Assembly (NCBI RefSeq): GCF_037042905.1
Contig: NC_087262.1
Span: 2,604,001-2,668,000, forward strand
DNA length: 64,000 nucleotides
From: Lytechinus pictus
Lineage: Eukaryota
Direction: 5' to 3'
Both the position numbers and the translations under genes were made by a program. Shown here in pieces: positions 26,401 to 36,180 of this stretch; position 1 is the first letter of the stretch; the number at the start of each line of letters is the position of its first letter. The notes under the pieces are model-generated. The model was not told the origin of the DNA. It did no database searches and saw only the letters and a list, made by a program, of their open reading frames with translations.

Positions 26401-28009
26401 TCATTTGCCAAGTACATAAAGCAGCTTGAAAACAAGAATACTGCACTCTGATTGGTCAAAGAGACCGCACACTGGCAAATTCCAACGGTTCCAGTGCCTG
26501 GGTTCGTGGGAAGGTCACACTTCCCATGTGGAAGTCTCCTCAAATACCCCGCGCCTGTTGTTCTGTGAATCTTATCCAGCCAATCAGAACTCTGGATTTC
26601 ATGCAAGTACAAAATTTCAGAAATCTCGTCTTGTTCCTTGGTGGGAAAAGTGTGATCTTGACCCGATTAAAAGGTGCTGCATATCAAGAGTGGCATTGTG
26701 AGAAAGTACAGAAGTTCAGCTTTATGTTGATATAAATATCATTGAGGCTCAAAATAAAAAGTTATGCACAATTTGCAAAAGAAAACAGAGGAAGAAAATT
26801 CAGTTTTGAGGCACATTTTCAGACCAGAAATTTACTTATTTAACAAAATATTGTATACAAAATAAATGACCAATATGAAAGAGTAACTTTTACTCTATCT
26901 GATGGTGCAATAATATTTCATTTAACTTGAGGTTAAAGCAGGTAAATTCTTAGAGAAAGAAAATCTCACGAATCACGAGATTTTGCAAGGAGGAGGATTC
27001 AGCCACGAGATGATTTGGATGAATCTGGCCTCTTTGCTCATTAGCATAGGGACCTGCGGTCTGACTGACCCGGGTGACGCAAAATTGGTCTCAAAAGTTG
27101 CACAAGACTTGAAAGTAAAAAGTCAGCGAGCAGCGCGGTCAAAAAAATTTGCGCGGCGAAAATATTGCGCGACTCGTTGAGGGGGGGCCTCAGAGGCCCC
27201 CCCCCCCCCCCGGCCTAGATAGGGTTAAAGCCCATCTTGATCTAAAAAAAGCTGTTTTCTTGACACTAGTTAAATTCTTTTATAGCTATTATTTTGAAAT
27301 GATGTTTGAGATTATTTTAAAACTCTTGAACTTCAGAGAATGACAGAAAATCAGATTTTTTAGAGCTTTGGTTAAATGGTCATATGATATGATATGAATT
27401 ATAATTAACTGTTGGTATTCGAAATTTATAAAAGTGTAGTGGATCTTTTAGTGTGTAAAGCTTTGCTTCAGGGTTTATGATATGAATTAGACTCCAGCAT
27501 TCTCTATCCTTCCAATCTTCCAAGAATAAGAGAAGAATGCCTGGATATCATGTAATCTCATTGATACTATGAAATTAGTCATGATCATTGAAACATTGCA
27601 AGTTACACTTCAACGATCTCAGAAAAGTCAACAAATCTGCATTATTGTATTAGTGATGTGTAATCAGTCATCCAAGACTTATCACAAATTGCAACTAGAT
27701 GAAAGACAAAAGGCTATTTTTTTCTCTTTCATATGATGTGTGTTTAATTAAATTTTTAGGGAGAGGTTAGGAATTTTTGTTTATTTTTTGCATGGTTCAT
27801 CTTCTGTTACAGTGTTATTATTAATATATTGTGCACAAATAATTCCTTGGGCACTATATTTTATTTACTTCTAATGAGAGTGCCATTAATATTTAAAAAA
27901 AAACATTTTTTAAAAGATTTTTAGAACCATTCAATGTATGTTTTCTTTTTGTGTTTTTCTATTATGACTACCATAGGGTTGGAGAATGTGGAATCCGCCT
28001 TCGATGTGA
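1138..28009 (+). CDS. ANKHD1: Mask / ANKHD1-ANKRD17 ortholog (multiple ankyrin repeats, single KH domain), 5'-partial, 19 coding exons in window
   Basis: Exons 1138-2400, 3033-3407, 4352-4497, 5379-5521, 6174-6387, 9667-9904, 10384-10484, 11286-11381, 12948-13064, 14312-14468, 15034-15392, 15991-16226, 17595-17765, 19547-19693, 20524-20770, 21243-22632, 23059-23189, 24480-24668 and 27977-28009 join with GT-AG and consistent phases into one ORF (5753 nt). Family-diagnostic peptides: IDAQTESNHDTALTIAC, IEAQSERTKDTPLSLACSGGRYEVV, SPKRGQKREEGWKEVVRRSKKV, IGRGGCNINAIR. Confidence 0.95.
3033..3407 (+). CDS. ANKHD1: Mask exon: start of second ankyrin cluster
   Basis: acag|ATGCT...AAG AAA G|gtgggt; DAQTESNHDTALTIACAGGHDDLVQMLLEKSANIEHRDKK. 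Confidence 0.95.
3824..4110 (+). mobile_element. tRNA-derived SINE, family A
   Basis: A box TGGCCCAGTGG, B box GGTTCGAATCC, shared core ccttcagcaagaaatttatccacattgtgctgcactcaacc, AT-rich tail; related copies at 24820 and 51037. Confidence 0.85.
4352..4497 (+). CDS. ANKHD1: Mask ankyrin exon
   Basis: GFTPLILAATAGHYKTVQILLNHNADIEAQSERTKDTPLSLACSGGRYE; gcag|...|gtcagt. Confidence 0.96.
4974..5108. mobile_element. Short hairpin MITE (family ...TAACACAAAGGTTAGCG); relatives at 24239-24388 and 60720-60800
   Basis: taacacaaaggttagc ... gctaagctttgtgtta inverted ends; recurring in window. Confidence 0.65.
5379..5521 (+). CDS. ANKHD1: Mask ankyrin exon (absent from ORF track)
   Basis: VVELLLSHSANKEHRNVSDYTPLSLAASGGYVNIIKLLLRYGAEINS; acag|...|gtaagt. 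Confidence 0.96.
6174..6387 (+). CDS. ANKHD1: Mask ankyrin exon
   Basis: TGSKLGISPLMLAAMNGHTAAVKLLLDMGSDINAQIETNRNTALTLACFQGRTEVVSLLVDRKANVEHRAK; gcag|...|gtaatg. Confidence 0.96.
6571..7522 (+). mobile_element. HINE/DINE-1-like (Helentron-associated) element with about 4.5 internal 162-192 bp core repeats
   Basis: T-run insertion site, subterminal IR GTCTCACCTGCAT / ATGCAGGTGAGAC, short 5' inverted gtgagac, GGC microsatellite, tandem cores; second copy at 32701. Confidence 0.8.
7611..8693. mobile_element. 1.08 kb non-autonomous DNA transposon with 4-bp TSD
   Basis: TIR CAGTCAGTCCGCAAGCCC / GGGCTTGCGGACTGACTG; TSD ATAC. Confidence 0.85.
9667..9904 (+). CDS. ANKHD1: Mask ankyrin exon
   Basis: TGLTPLMEAASGGYADVGRVL...PVPSSRDTALTIAADKGH...SLWLACN; ctag|...|gtgagt. 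Confidence 0.96.
10384..10484 (+). CDS. ANKHD1: Mask ankyrin exon (absent from ORF track)
   Basis: GHFDVVQLLVHAGADIDSQDNRKVSCLMAAFRK; cag|...|gtaaga. Confidence 0.95.
11286..11381 (+). CDS. ANKHD1: Mask exon, end of ankyrin cluster (absent from ORF track)
   Basis: GHVKVVRWMVKHVNQFPSDTDSMRYIATISDR; ttag|...|gtaagc. Confidence 0.95.
12484..12883. mobile_element. Kolobok-like MITE
   Basis: TTAA|AGGTAAAT... and ...ATTTCTCT|TTAA; similar TTAA-AG...CT-TTAA elements at about 16951-17555, 36558-37152, 37749-38148, 41950-42497, 55453-55938. Confidence 0.65.
12948..13064 (+). CDS. ANKHD1: Mask coiled-coil exon
   Basis: EVLKKCQQCMEIIVVAKERQAAEANKHANILLEQLESEK; acag|...|gtaaga. Confidence 0.94.
13077..13340. 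mobile_element. Harbinger-type hairpin MITE
   Basis: Long TIR GGCCCCGTCTTACAAAGAGTTACGATTGATCC; CTG TSD; second copy at about 54958-55229. Confidence 0.85.
14312..14468 (+). CDS. ANKHD1: Mask exon with basic NLS-like stretch
   Basis: TREESRKMAAAKRREKKKKKRKEKQQK...; ttag|...|gtgagt. Confidence 0.93.
15034..15392 (+). CDS. ANKHD1: Mask Thr-rich exon
   Basis: EDLVPLEPPSATTTTTIG, a motif typical of ANKHD1/ANKRD17; phase fits neighbours. Confidence 0.88.
15991..16226 (+). CDS. ANKHD1: Mask charged low-complexity exon
   Basis: ccag|GCA AAA ACA...ACC AT|gtaagt; phases 0 and 2 bridge the flanking exons. Confidence 0.82.
16360..16600 (+). mobile_element. tRNA-derived SINE, family B
   Basis: accggtgtgttgg...ggttcaaacccc head; body nearly identical to the reverse copy at 50770-51033. 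Confidence 0.8.
17595..17765 (+). CDS. ANKHD1: Mask exon preceding the KH domain
   Basis: ...AASPKRGQKREEGWKEVVR; gcag|...|gtaagc. Confidence 0.94.
18254..18409. mobile_element. Palindromic 156-bp Harbinger-type MITE
   Basis: Arms of about 60 bp; CTG TSD; same family at 48627-48781, decayed copy at about 29497-29576. Confidence 0.85.
18608..18893. mobile_element. MITE with TIR GGCCCGTATTCTGAAGTC
   Basis: Inverted ends; related split ends at about 33214 and 37180. Confidence 0.8.
18885..19190. repeat. Direct tandem duplication, 2 x 153 bp
   Basis: 18885-19037 and 19038-19190 differ at only 2 positions that I could see. Confidence 0.92.
19547..19693 (+). CDS. ANKHD1: Mask KH domain exon
   Basis: SKKVTVPANAISRLIGRGGCNINAIRDATGAHIDVDRQNKGNERTINI with GxxG loop. 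Confidence 0.96.
20524..20770 (+). CDS. ANKHD1: Mask exon, end of KH domain
   Basis: GSADATRQAHHLISALIKDPDEDL...; cag|...|gtaggc. Confidence 0.94.
21243..22632 (+). CDS. ANKHD1: Mask long Q/P/H/S-rich C-terminal exon
   Basis: Long open frame (ORF 21216-22769) with KAPGY and LPRPIGNER (PIGxER motif of the Mask family); donor G|gtaaag. Confidence 0.9.
23059..23189 (+). CDS. ANKHD1: Mask C-terminal exon
   Basis: gaag|CT GGT GAT...CCT GTG|gtaagt; phases 1 and 0 fit. Confidence 0.8.
24480..24668 (+). CDS. ANKHD1: Mask penultimate exon
   Basis: ttctttcag|GGG ATG TCT...AGC CAG|gtaaga; P/Q-rich. Confidence 0.82.
24820..25086 (+). mobile_element. tRNA-derived SINE, family A, inserted in a Kolobok-like MITE (about 24722-25352)
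   Basis: B box GGTTCGAATCC, same core, (TAT)n tail; flanks are the reverse complement of the 12484-12883 family. Confidence 0.8.
25357..27224. mobile_element. piggyBac-like MITE with poly-G/poly-C subtermini (host of 25984-27067)
   Basis: Right end ggcctagatAGGG|TTAA; left TTAA..atctaggccgggg (degenerate). Confidence 0.65.
25984..27067. mobile_element. Diverged relative of the 7611-8693 element
   Basis: TIR AGTCAGACTGCAGGTCCC / GGGACCTGCGGTCTGACTG; TSD ACCC; collinear similarity; 1084 bp. Confidence 0.85.
27977..28009 (+). CDS. ANKHD1: Probable Mask terminal coding exon GWRMWNPPSM*
   Basis: T-rich tract then catag|GGT TGG AGA ATG TGG AAT CCG CCT TCG ATG TGA; phase 0; followed by AU-rich UTR-like sequence. 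Confidence 0.62.
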   Translation, partial: GWRMWNPPSM

Positions 28010-31000
28010 TTGACATCAACTTTGAGATAAATTCATTACCCTTCATCATTGGACGGAACCCAAATCAATCTCGTATAATCTTATTGGATGGACAAGAAAA
28101 GCTCAGATGCTCGGATCATCAATTATCACTGCTTAAGTTCTCTTTTTTTTGTAGATTTTTCTGTATGTTTTCTTGTCACTGTAGTTAAATTCTTTTATAG
28201 CTATGATTTTGAAATGCTTTTTTGAGATGATTTTAAAACTCTTGAACTTCAGAGAATGACAGAAAATCAGATTTTTGGGGAATTTGGTCAGAAATTTAGA
28301 AAGGGCTCGTTTCTCCACCGATTGGAGTTACAGAAATGTTGTGGAGAAAAAAATAGCAATGGCATGGTTTTCAGAATTATGATTCAACCAAGAGCTAAAA
28401 TATTTTAGGTTTGTTGTATCTGAAATTCAAAACATATAATCAATCTTCTTTAGAGAAAAAAAAATGTGACTGTGTTTCATTTCGACACTTTATACAGTCA
28501 GTGAGCAAACCAAGTATACGCTTAATTTCAAGAATTGAAGCTTGTTTGTTTTGAGGAGACTGTTCTTGGTGGATTTGTATTCCGTTGTCATTCTTAACTG
28601 CTAAGTTTAGAGATTGAATGGAAGTGCGCTATTTAGATAAATGAAATATACAATCGCTCATGTGCTTTATCTTCAACTACTTAATCCTATATCACTGATG
28701 TCGATGTAGGATAGAATCAATATACTGGCTGTGCATACATTATGCTCTCATAACTTCAACTGCACTTGCAAGCACTTTCAGCTCTTCACTTTAAAAAAAA
28801 TTCTTTAAATTATATGGTCACGGCGCGAATGCAGTAGTCTAGCGTTTCATTTTCAGATGTGAATGTCTGGTTCATTGTCAGTCATATTGAAATGATTTTG
28901 ATAGTAGCTTCTCTTGGAGAAACAACAGTTACCATCTGCTTTTAGTGATAGGTAGAAAGAAGGAAGGCCTGAGTTTTTTCTGCTGAAGACTGATACATAT
29001 GTGAACTGATCATCATTGTAGAAACCAGCTCATTTATTTTGCTGATAAAGAAATTTGCGCATGGTGAGATTTGCGATGATATCATGTAACTGGTACGAGC
29101 ATTTGTGAATCACAATTATTATTTAATCTTTTCTTAGTCATCAATGTATCTTCTGTTGGCCATGTTCAGTAAGTTGCATGGTACCTAAATTTTCATTCTT
29201 TTTATCTCCTTTTCTTTCAATTTCTCATGTTTCTGAAAGATAAAGCAGTGTTATGGGATGTTTTTAATCTAATACTCTCATTTTGTTATTAATATTGAAA
29301 TTAGATGAACTGTGATGCAATTATCTTCTTAAATGAAATAAATTTTTCAAACCCTCACAGGTTTTCTTTAAAAAAAAATAAAGTTCATTTTTTTGCAATG
29401 AAGTTTAATTAAACTTGGTTTAACACACATGTAACCATATATACATGTTGAAAACCTGTTGTTCCAAAATAAATCTTCCTCAAATTTTTGTTCTTGGATC
29501 TGTTTCATGAAGGACTTATGATTATGGTAACTAACAGGGCTCAGCAGCCAATCAAGATCCAGATTTCCATGGCAGCGACCCTTCTAGTCATTCTATATAA
29601 AACAGAGTCGTGGTCAAATTTTAGATATTCCCTTTTTGAAATTCCCATCTAATAGGTATTCTAATGTAGTTTTAAACGTAAACATTTTCTTCATTTACCT
29701 GTTAATAATAATTTGAATTTGATGTACGTACCCTTCTTGAGAATATTTTGTGAAATCAGTTTGAAACTGAATTGGGTGCTTATGAGAATTAATTGGTTTC
29801 ACTGTTGAAGTAACACAAATTCTTTGATTTAAAAATCAATTTTCAAGAAATCAATTTGATCTGTGGAACATTTAGAGACGTAGATCAGATGTATGAACCG
29901 CTGTATAAAGGCGGAATAGTAGGATTATTTTGAAGTATGTCATTGAATAAGGATAGCAGTTGATTAACTATCATATCACCATTATGTTCTTATTGGCATC
30001 ATTATCCTCGCTTCGGAGGGTGATGATATTAAATGATATTAGGAAGAGACTTTGAAAATGAAGAAGGCATCCATTAGACTCATTTACTATTATAGTCTCT
30101 GTTTCATCCATCTCTTCATTTTTATTTTGCATCAGAAACAGAGGTACACTATCAAGCATAAGAGTGTTCAAATTGAGTATTCCTTTGCACTCAGCAATGT
30201 TGTGCATGATATTGATAAGTCCTCTGTCATTCATGACTAGATTAAGGTGGCCACGTTGAAGAGCGTTGAATGGCCAGGTTTTCATGATTATTATTATTTG
30301 ACTTGCTTGAATATCACATCGTGATGTGTTTCTGTCGACTTTAGTAAGATAGAGATACAATTAGACTTGAAGTGAGGAAAGTATTTAGGATAGTAAAGTA
30401 CTGTCTTAAAAACAGAGCACAAAACTTTTCAAAACAGAAAAGCTGTGAAGACGAATAATGCATTTGATAGAGGCTCATATGACCTCTGTTGGCATGATTA
30501 GTCTGGGTTCAATGTGTTATCTATTTTCTTTTCTGAGAAATTGGTAATCACTTTTAATAGTGTGAGTTGTTGGTACGAAAATGCACACATGTCAGCCCCT
30601 CTGTGCTTTTTTAGTGAAAGCCCCCCACTAGAAAAGTGGACTAGGCCCTTTTATTTTTGTCTCCTTCAGTTGTCGGTATAATACAAAGAAGACGAAAAGG
30701 CTTGGTGTTTAGTTTGTGTTGGTGTGGTGGTGTAGCATTTCATGACTAGAAATAAAAAGAGTCTGGATCAAGCCTAATTTGTGGTGGGTTAGGCTTGCCA
30801 TGCCAGTCGCTTCATCCTGATTGAGACGATGACTGTGGCGTGTATGTTACCAGATGAATCAATGATTAATTTCAATTGGACTGTACTGTCAAGACTAGTT
30901 GGAGCTAATTTGTGGTGGATTAGACTCTGAACAATGTCTTGCGGAATCAAAGAGAAGAAATGGTTCAAATATTCTCCCATTTAACTGGAGAATTTCTTTG

Positions 31001-31580
31001 CTAGGAGTATTGGTGTGGTATATTATCTTTCTTGGGTGTGAGGTTAATTTTCTTTGAATAGAAGCCGAAAGTGAATGGAGTATTCGCATGTAGCTCGCAC
31101 TCCCTCATATACCTACCCTACGTATTTAGGAGTATTTACTATTGTCATTTTACCGTATAATTATACCCAAAGTAGTACAAACTCTTGTTGCCTTTATTTT
31201 TTTTTTTTTTTAGTAGAACAAAAAATGTTCCCCTACTCCCTTTCGTATTGCCTTTTATTTGTTCAATCATAATTTAAATTAATCTTTTTATTGTTGCTTT
31301 TCTGTATAACTGGAGCTCATATTTAGCAAAATCAATAATGTGTCGTCGAAGCTGCATTTCTGATGGAGAAATTAAATGAAAAATACACCATTGGAATTGG
31401 CTCCGAATTGTTAATTTTGTTCCTCGGACATGATCATGCACGCACACATAGCTTGTGCAAGTGTAGCATGTTGTCGATATAGAGGAGGAGTTGAATCCAA
31501 ACAAAACCAGTGTCAAAACGTTTATTCATGCTAAAAACAATGTGTTCTACCCATTAAAACATGAATTACTACAGTAATCA
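28010..31580 (+). other. Probable long Mask 3' UTR
   Basis: U-rich, almost repeat-free sequence after the stop; several AATAAA; ATTAAA at 31553-58 followed by a T/GT-rich tract. Confidence 0.45.
31553..31558 (+). terminator. Candidate distal poly(A) signal of Mask
   Basis: ATTAAA with downstream tttctgatttgtttcatctcttttttt; transposon pile begins about 100 bp later. Confidence 0.35.
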
Positions 31581-31652
31581 TTTCTGATTTGTTTCATCTC
31601 TTTTTTTCCGTTTGTGTTATCTTTCATATAAAATTTTCTGGTCATTATTGCT

Positions 31653-32418
31653 AATTCGGTGGATTCACAATACGTTGCGCTTTCCTGTCGGTTGCAGCGG
31701 AATGGCCAAGAATCACAATGCCTCATGGGAAAAAGTCGACATCAAAATTATTCTCTGTGGCGCACGCTTCATGCTGCACTGACTGGCTTGCATAATGCTT
31801 AAAACTGGCGTCCAGGAGGTAGGAGAAAAAATTTGCCGCATATTTCTTCTCAAAATTCTTTCTCCGCTTCTGCCATTTTTGAAAGGCAGACTAGGCAGTG
31901 CAGTGGATGGTAAACACACGCACGGTAATATTAGAGTACACTAGCACTGTGCGCTGTGCTTCCACTTTTCAAAACGGAACTTCCTGGAATTTACTCTGAA
32001 AGTTCCTGGAATTTTCCGAATGTTCTCCAGTCTTCCATAAGTTATAATTCTCTTCCTTACACAAAAAAATGAAATATAGGGCCCAGTGCAGTAATTGAGC
32101 CAAACATTTTGAGGGGGCGAAACATGCGCAACGGGCAAAGTTTATAAAGAGTTGCGAGCGAGCAAAAAATTTGACATTTTAATAAAAAAGATCAAATTTT
32201 GTGATAGATTTTGACATAATATTTAGAAAACAATATCATTCCCGAAAATGATAACTTCCTGGAATGATCCTGGAAAATAGCAAAACTTCCTGGATTCCAG
32301 AAAGAGTGGAAGCACCGACTGTGCGCTGCCTGCGACTGCAATGTTGACCCCAAAGTTAGAAATTGGCCTCTCTGCTGCAACTGATAGGTGGCGCACCATA
32401 TTGTGAATCCACCGAATT
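31653..32418. mobile_element. CpG-rich DNA transposon remnant with a perfect 20-bp TIR
   Basis: AATTCGGTGGATTCACAATA (31653-72) / TATTGTGAATCCACCGAATT (32399-418); TSD not resolved. Confidence 0.7.
31954..32317. mobile_element. hAT-type MITE nested in 31653-32418
   Basis: Ends C(T/G)GTGCTTCCACT; 8-bp TSD ACTGTGCG (31946-53, 32318-25). Confidence 0.78.
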
Positions 32419-32700
32419 GATTAATTTGGTTACAGAGAGTGGAAAGGGTTTGATCTATCAACAGAGGAGCACATCTTTCATAAATTCAAAATTAATCTTC
32501 TTTTGTTCCTCAAATTGGCAACAAACATTCATTTTATATTTATTTTCATACTTTGCAAAAATAGAATACCCTTTAACAAAAGAGTAATAATAACAAAAAT
32601 AAATGAATGGAAATGTTGCCAATTTGCATTTTTAATGAGTGATTTTTTTTCATGGTGTTGCCAATTTAGAGTGCATAATGATTAGCTCAAAGGTAAAGGG

Positions 32701-33136
32701 TTTTTGTCTCACCTGCATAGCAGAGTGAGACTATAGGCGCCGTTTTTTCCGACGGCGGCGGCGGCGTCAACACCAAATCTTAACCTGAGGTTAAGTTTTT
32801 GAAATGACAGCATAACTTAGAAAGTATATGGACCTAGTTCATGAAACTTGGCCATAAGGTTAATCAAGTATCACTGAACATCCTGTGCGAGTTTCATGTC
32901 ACATGACCAAGGTCAAAGGTCATGTAAGGTCAAAGAACTTTGGCCACGTTGGGGGTATTTGTTGAATTGCCATCATATCTCTATAAGTGTATTGGTCTAG
33001 TTCATAAAACGTGGAAATAAGAGTAACCAAGTATCACTGAACATCTTGTGCGAGTTATAGTAGTTTTCAAAATCAGCACTGCTGCTATATTGAATCGCGT
33101 GATGCAGGTGAGACGGCCAGAGGCATTCCACTTGTT
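32701..33136 (+). mobile_element. HINE/DINE-1-like element, short copy (about 1.5 cores)
   Basis: Near-identical 5' and 3' ends to 6571-7522 with fewer internal repeats. Confidence 0.8.
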
Positions 33137-33291
33137 ATATAGGAACGACACCATATACTGTACTGGGAAAAAGTATTAATATCTTCAGTACATTTTTCTC
33201 TGTTTGATAATTATGGCCCGTTTTCTGAACTTGAGTTTAATTGAAATTCTGGTCTTAAGTTGTGGTTTAACTATGGATAGAGAATTGTGAC

Positions 33292-33722
33292 AGGTATCTC
33301 TTGTAAACTGGGTTCCAAAAGAAACTGATCAAACTTTACAAGGGCACTGCACAAATTCTACTCAGTAAATATGAACCATGTTTTTACACAGGCTACCAGG
33401 TAGCTTCAATAATCTTGACCAAGCACATGTCAATAATTGAGAGCACAGAGAGGTTATAGCCCCTCACATCAATTGGTTTCGGAATCCAAAGTCACAAAAT
33501 GGTAAAAATTGAGAAAGGTATCTCTTGTGAACTGGGTTCCAAAAGAAACACATCGAACTTTACAAGGGCACTGCACATATTCCACTCAGTAAAAATTAAC
33601 AATATTTTTACACAGGCTAACTTCAATAATCTTTACTAAGCACATGTCAATAATTAAGAGATTGGTTCAATCACAAAGAGGCTATAGCCCCTCACATCAA
33701 TTGGTTTCGGAATCAAAAGTCA
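33292..33722. repeat. Tandem duplication of a unit of about 224 bp
   Basis: aggtatctcttgt..actgggttccaaaagaaac starts at 33292 and 33516. Confidence 0.88.
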
Positions 33723-33753
33723 CAATTTTTACCATTTTGTGACTTTGGATTCC

Positions 33754-36180
33754 AAGTTAGGTCCCGTTTTATTTCTTATACTTGTAAATGATGCTGTATG
33801 CGAGTGGGATTCCAGATGGAAGTACGTTGACGATTTAACATTGGGAGAAATAGTTAACGTAACGGAAATCCCTCTTTACAATCGTCACTTGATTGCCTCT
33901 CAAAATAGTGTACTGATAATGATGTTCTCCCCAAACCATCTAAATGTAACCTTATGCCAATATCCTTCCTCAGAAACTTTGTACCCCGTATTGATTTCCA
34001 CCTTAACTTAACCCCACTCAATGTTGTCGAAAGTATCAAACTTCTAGGAGTTACACTTCAAAACGATCTCAAATGGAACCTACACATTGAAGAAATCGTT
34101 TCCAAAGCATCACGTAGGTTGTACACCCTCTGTATTCTAAGGAGATCGAAGGCAAGTTTGGCTGATATGGTGACTGTATACACTACATATATTAGGCCAA
34201 TTCTTGAATATGCTTCCCCTGTCTGGCACACTTCTATCACAATCAAAGAATCTGATAAACTGGAATTTGTTCAAAAGCGGGCACTCAAAATAATTGTAGG
34301 ATATGACATTCATTACTCTGATGCTCTGGTAATTAGCAAACTCACTTCACTATCTTCCAGAAGGGATTCACTTTTGTTAAACTTTGGACAGAAATTGATG
34401 AACTCTGATCATCATAAACACCTACTTCCAACACCAACATGACTGGGGCTGCGTTTATGCGACCTCAAGCCAGAATCATGATTTGTATCATGATTTGAAT
34501 CATGATTCAAAACACAAACATGAATCACAATATCACAGAATCAGCGTTTAGACGACCTTCATTCCAATGCTGTTTCTCCTCAGATTCGGGCCAATCCAGT
34601 GCGCATCACTAGTGCGCAGTTTGACAGAGGAAGTTTTTCACACGTGTTTCGGCTCTCGAAAATTCTTTTGCTTCCATCAGAATTCAGTCTATACCTCATT
34701 TTGTTTACTTCTATCATAAAGGGTCCATATGCTTCTATTCATCTTGTTAGTTTATCCAAAATGGTGTTCGGAAGTGAATTTCAGCGTAGATCCAATTTGA
34801 TATTGATACTGTATACTCAACAGCAACTGAGATCATTGTCTGTCCAGTTAATTCATTTACTAGAACCTGAAGTTGAAGACATGACCAAAAAATGAAAAGT
34901 AGTGGACGATGCGATGACCAACACAGAACTTGAACATGACAAGAAATGAATTCATAGTACATACAATGAGCATATAGAGCGCCTTGAGCTTGGCAAGAGT
35001 CAAACCGAAAGTAGCCCGACACAACAGTGAGGTCATATAATCATGATTGTAATAACGATATCGTTTATTCGAACATTTTCGTACGTGATTCTGCAGAAAC
35101 GTCTTTCCAAACGCCCCTTTTTTCGTGTTTCATGTTTGTGATTCTAATCATGATTATATTCAATTTCGACTAAACGCAATCGTGATTCTGCAGAATCATG
35201 ATTTGAATCATGATTCAAATCATGATTCTAGGGTAAAAAAGTGGCGGATAAACGCACCCTGGTTTCCCCACAATCAAATGCAATACTGAAAGATACCGTA
35301 AATCCACCACTCCTCACCTTGCAAAGATTTTGAAGTAGTTTTCCGCAATTCCTGTATTTTGATTATATAGCCATTCCTTGTCACCATTTCAGCCCACAAT
35401 CCTTCTGTCTCCTTTTTTGTTAGTCTCGTTACAATGTAAACTTACTCTCTTACCTTATTTTTTCTCCCTCTTTCCTCTTTCTTTCCCTTTCCTATAGTAC
35501 TATTTTCCTTACCTATTTTAGTCCTATCCCTTACACTTTTCTCTTTTTATTTTCTTGTCTGTCCCTCTTTCTTTCTTTAATCCTTTCTTTAGCTTTCTAT
35601 CGGTTTTTTGTAGGTTAGGCCTACGTACATGGAAAATTTGAAATGATTACAGTTATTGTCTTGCTAAAATGTATTATACTACTTATTCTTATGTTGAATC
35701 TATTTATATATATAAATCATTTTGTATCTCATATAGGATATTCATATTTTTATGTAGTGTCAATCATAATTGACAGTATTTTGGCTTCTATGTTCTCCAT
35801 GTCACTCTCCACTTCTTCACCACTTTTTTTTCTCTCTACCTCACTCAATTTTCTCTTTCTATTTGGAGGACATACTCCCTCTCTCCCTCTCTTTGTTTCC
35901 ATTACTCTCTCTCTCTACTTCTCTCTCCCTCCTCCCCTTTGCTTATTTCTCTCTTTCTCAAACTTTTATTTATGAGATACATCTTTTAATTGGAGATAAG
36001 TTTTGACCAAGTAGCTGTGTTGGAAGCTCCTTGTTTTGACGTAGAATACTGTAATTACGTTTTTATTCATTTGCTTTGTTATATTTGTATATTCTACTTC
36101 ATGAATTTTTGTAAATTGACCCTTTCAGCTTGTGCTGCTGGTCAATTTTTATGTGTATGTATACCAATAAATAAAAAAAA
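33754..36180 (+). mobile_element. 5'-truncated, frameshifted CR1/L2-group non-LTR retrotransposon (RT C-terminal half, 3' UTR, AATAAA/poly-A end)
   Basis: KLGPVLFLILVND, KYVDD, KLLGVTLQNDLKWN, YIRPILEYASPVWH, LEFVQKRALKII; resumes after the MITE as FPTIKCNTERYRKS...; ends ccaataaataaaaaaaa. Confidence 0.88.
34446..35258. mobile_element. Harbinger-like MITE inserted in the LINE
   Basis: TGCGTTTAT inverted termini, AATCATGATT subterminal repeats, CTG on both sides. Confidence 0.78.

Noticed and set aside
33739-34442. RT ORFs as a domesticated or active gene
   Set aside because: 5'-truncated, frameshifted, premature stop, and interrupted by a MITE.
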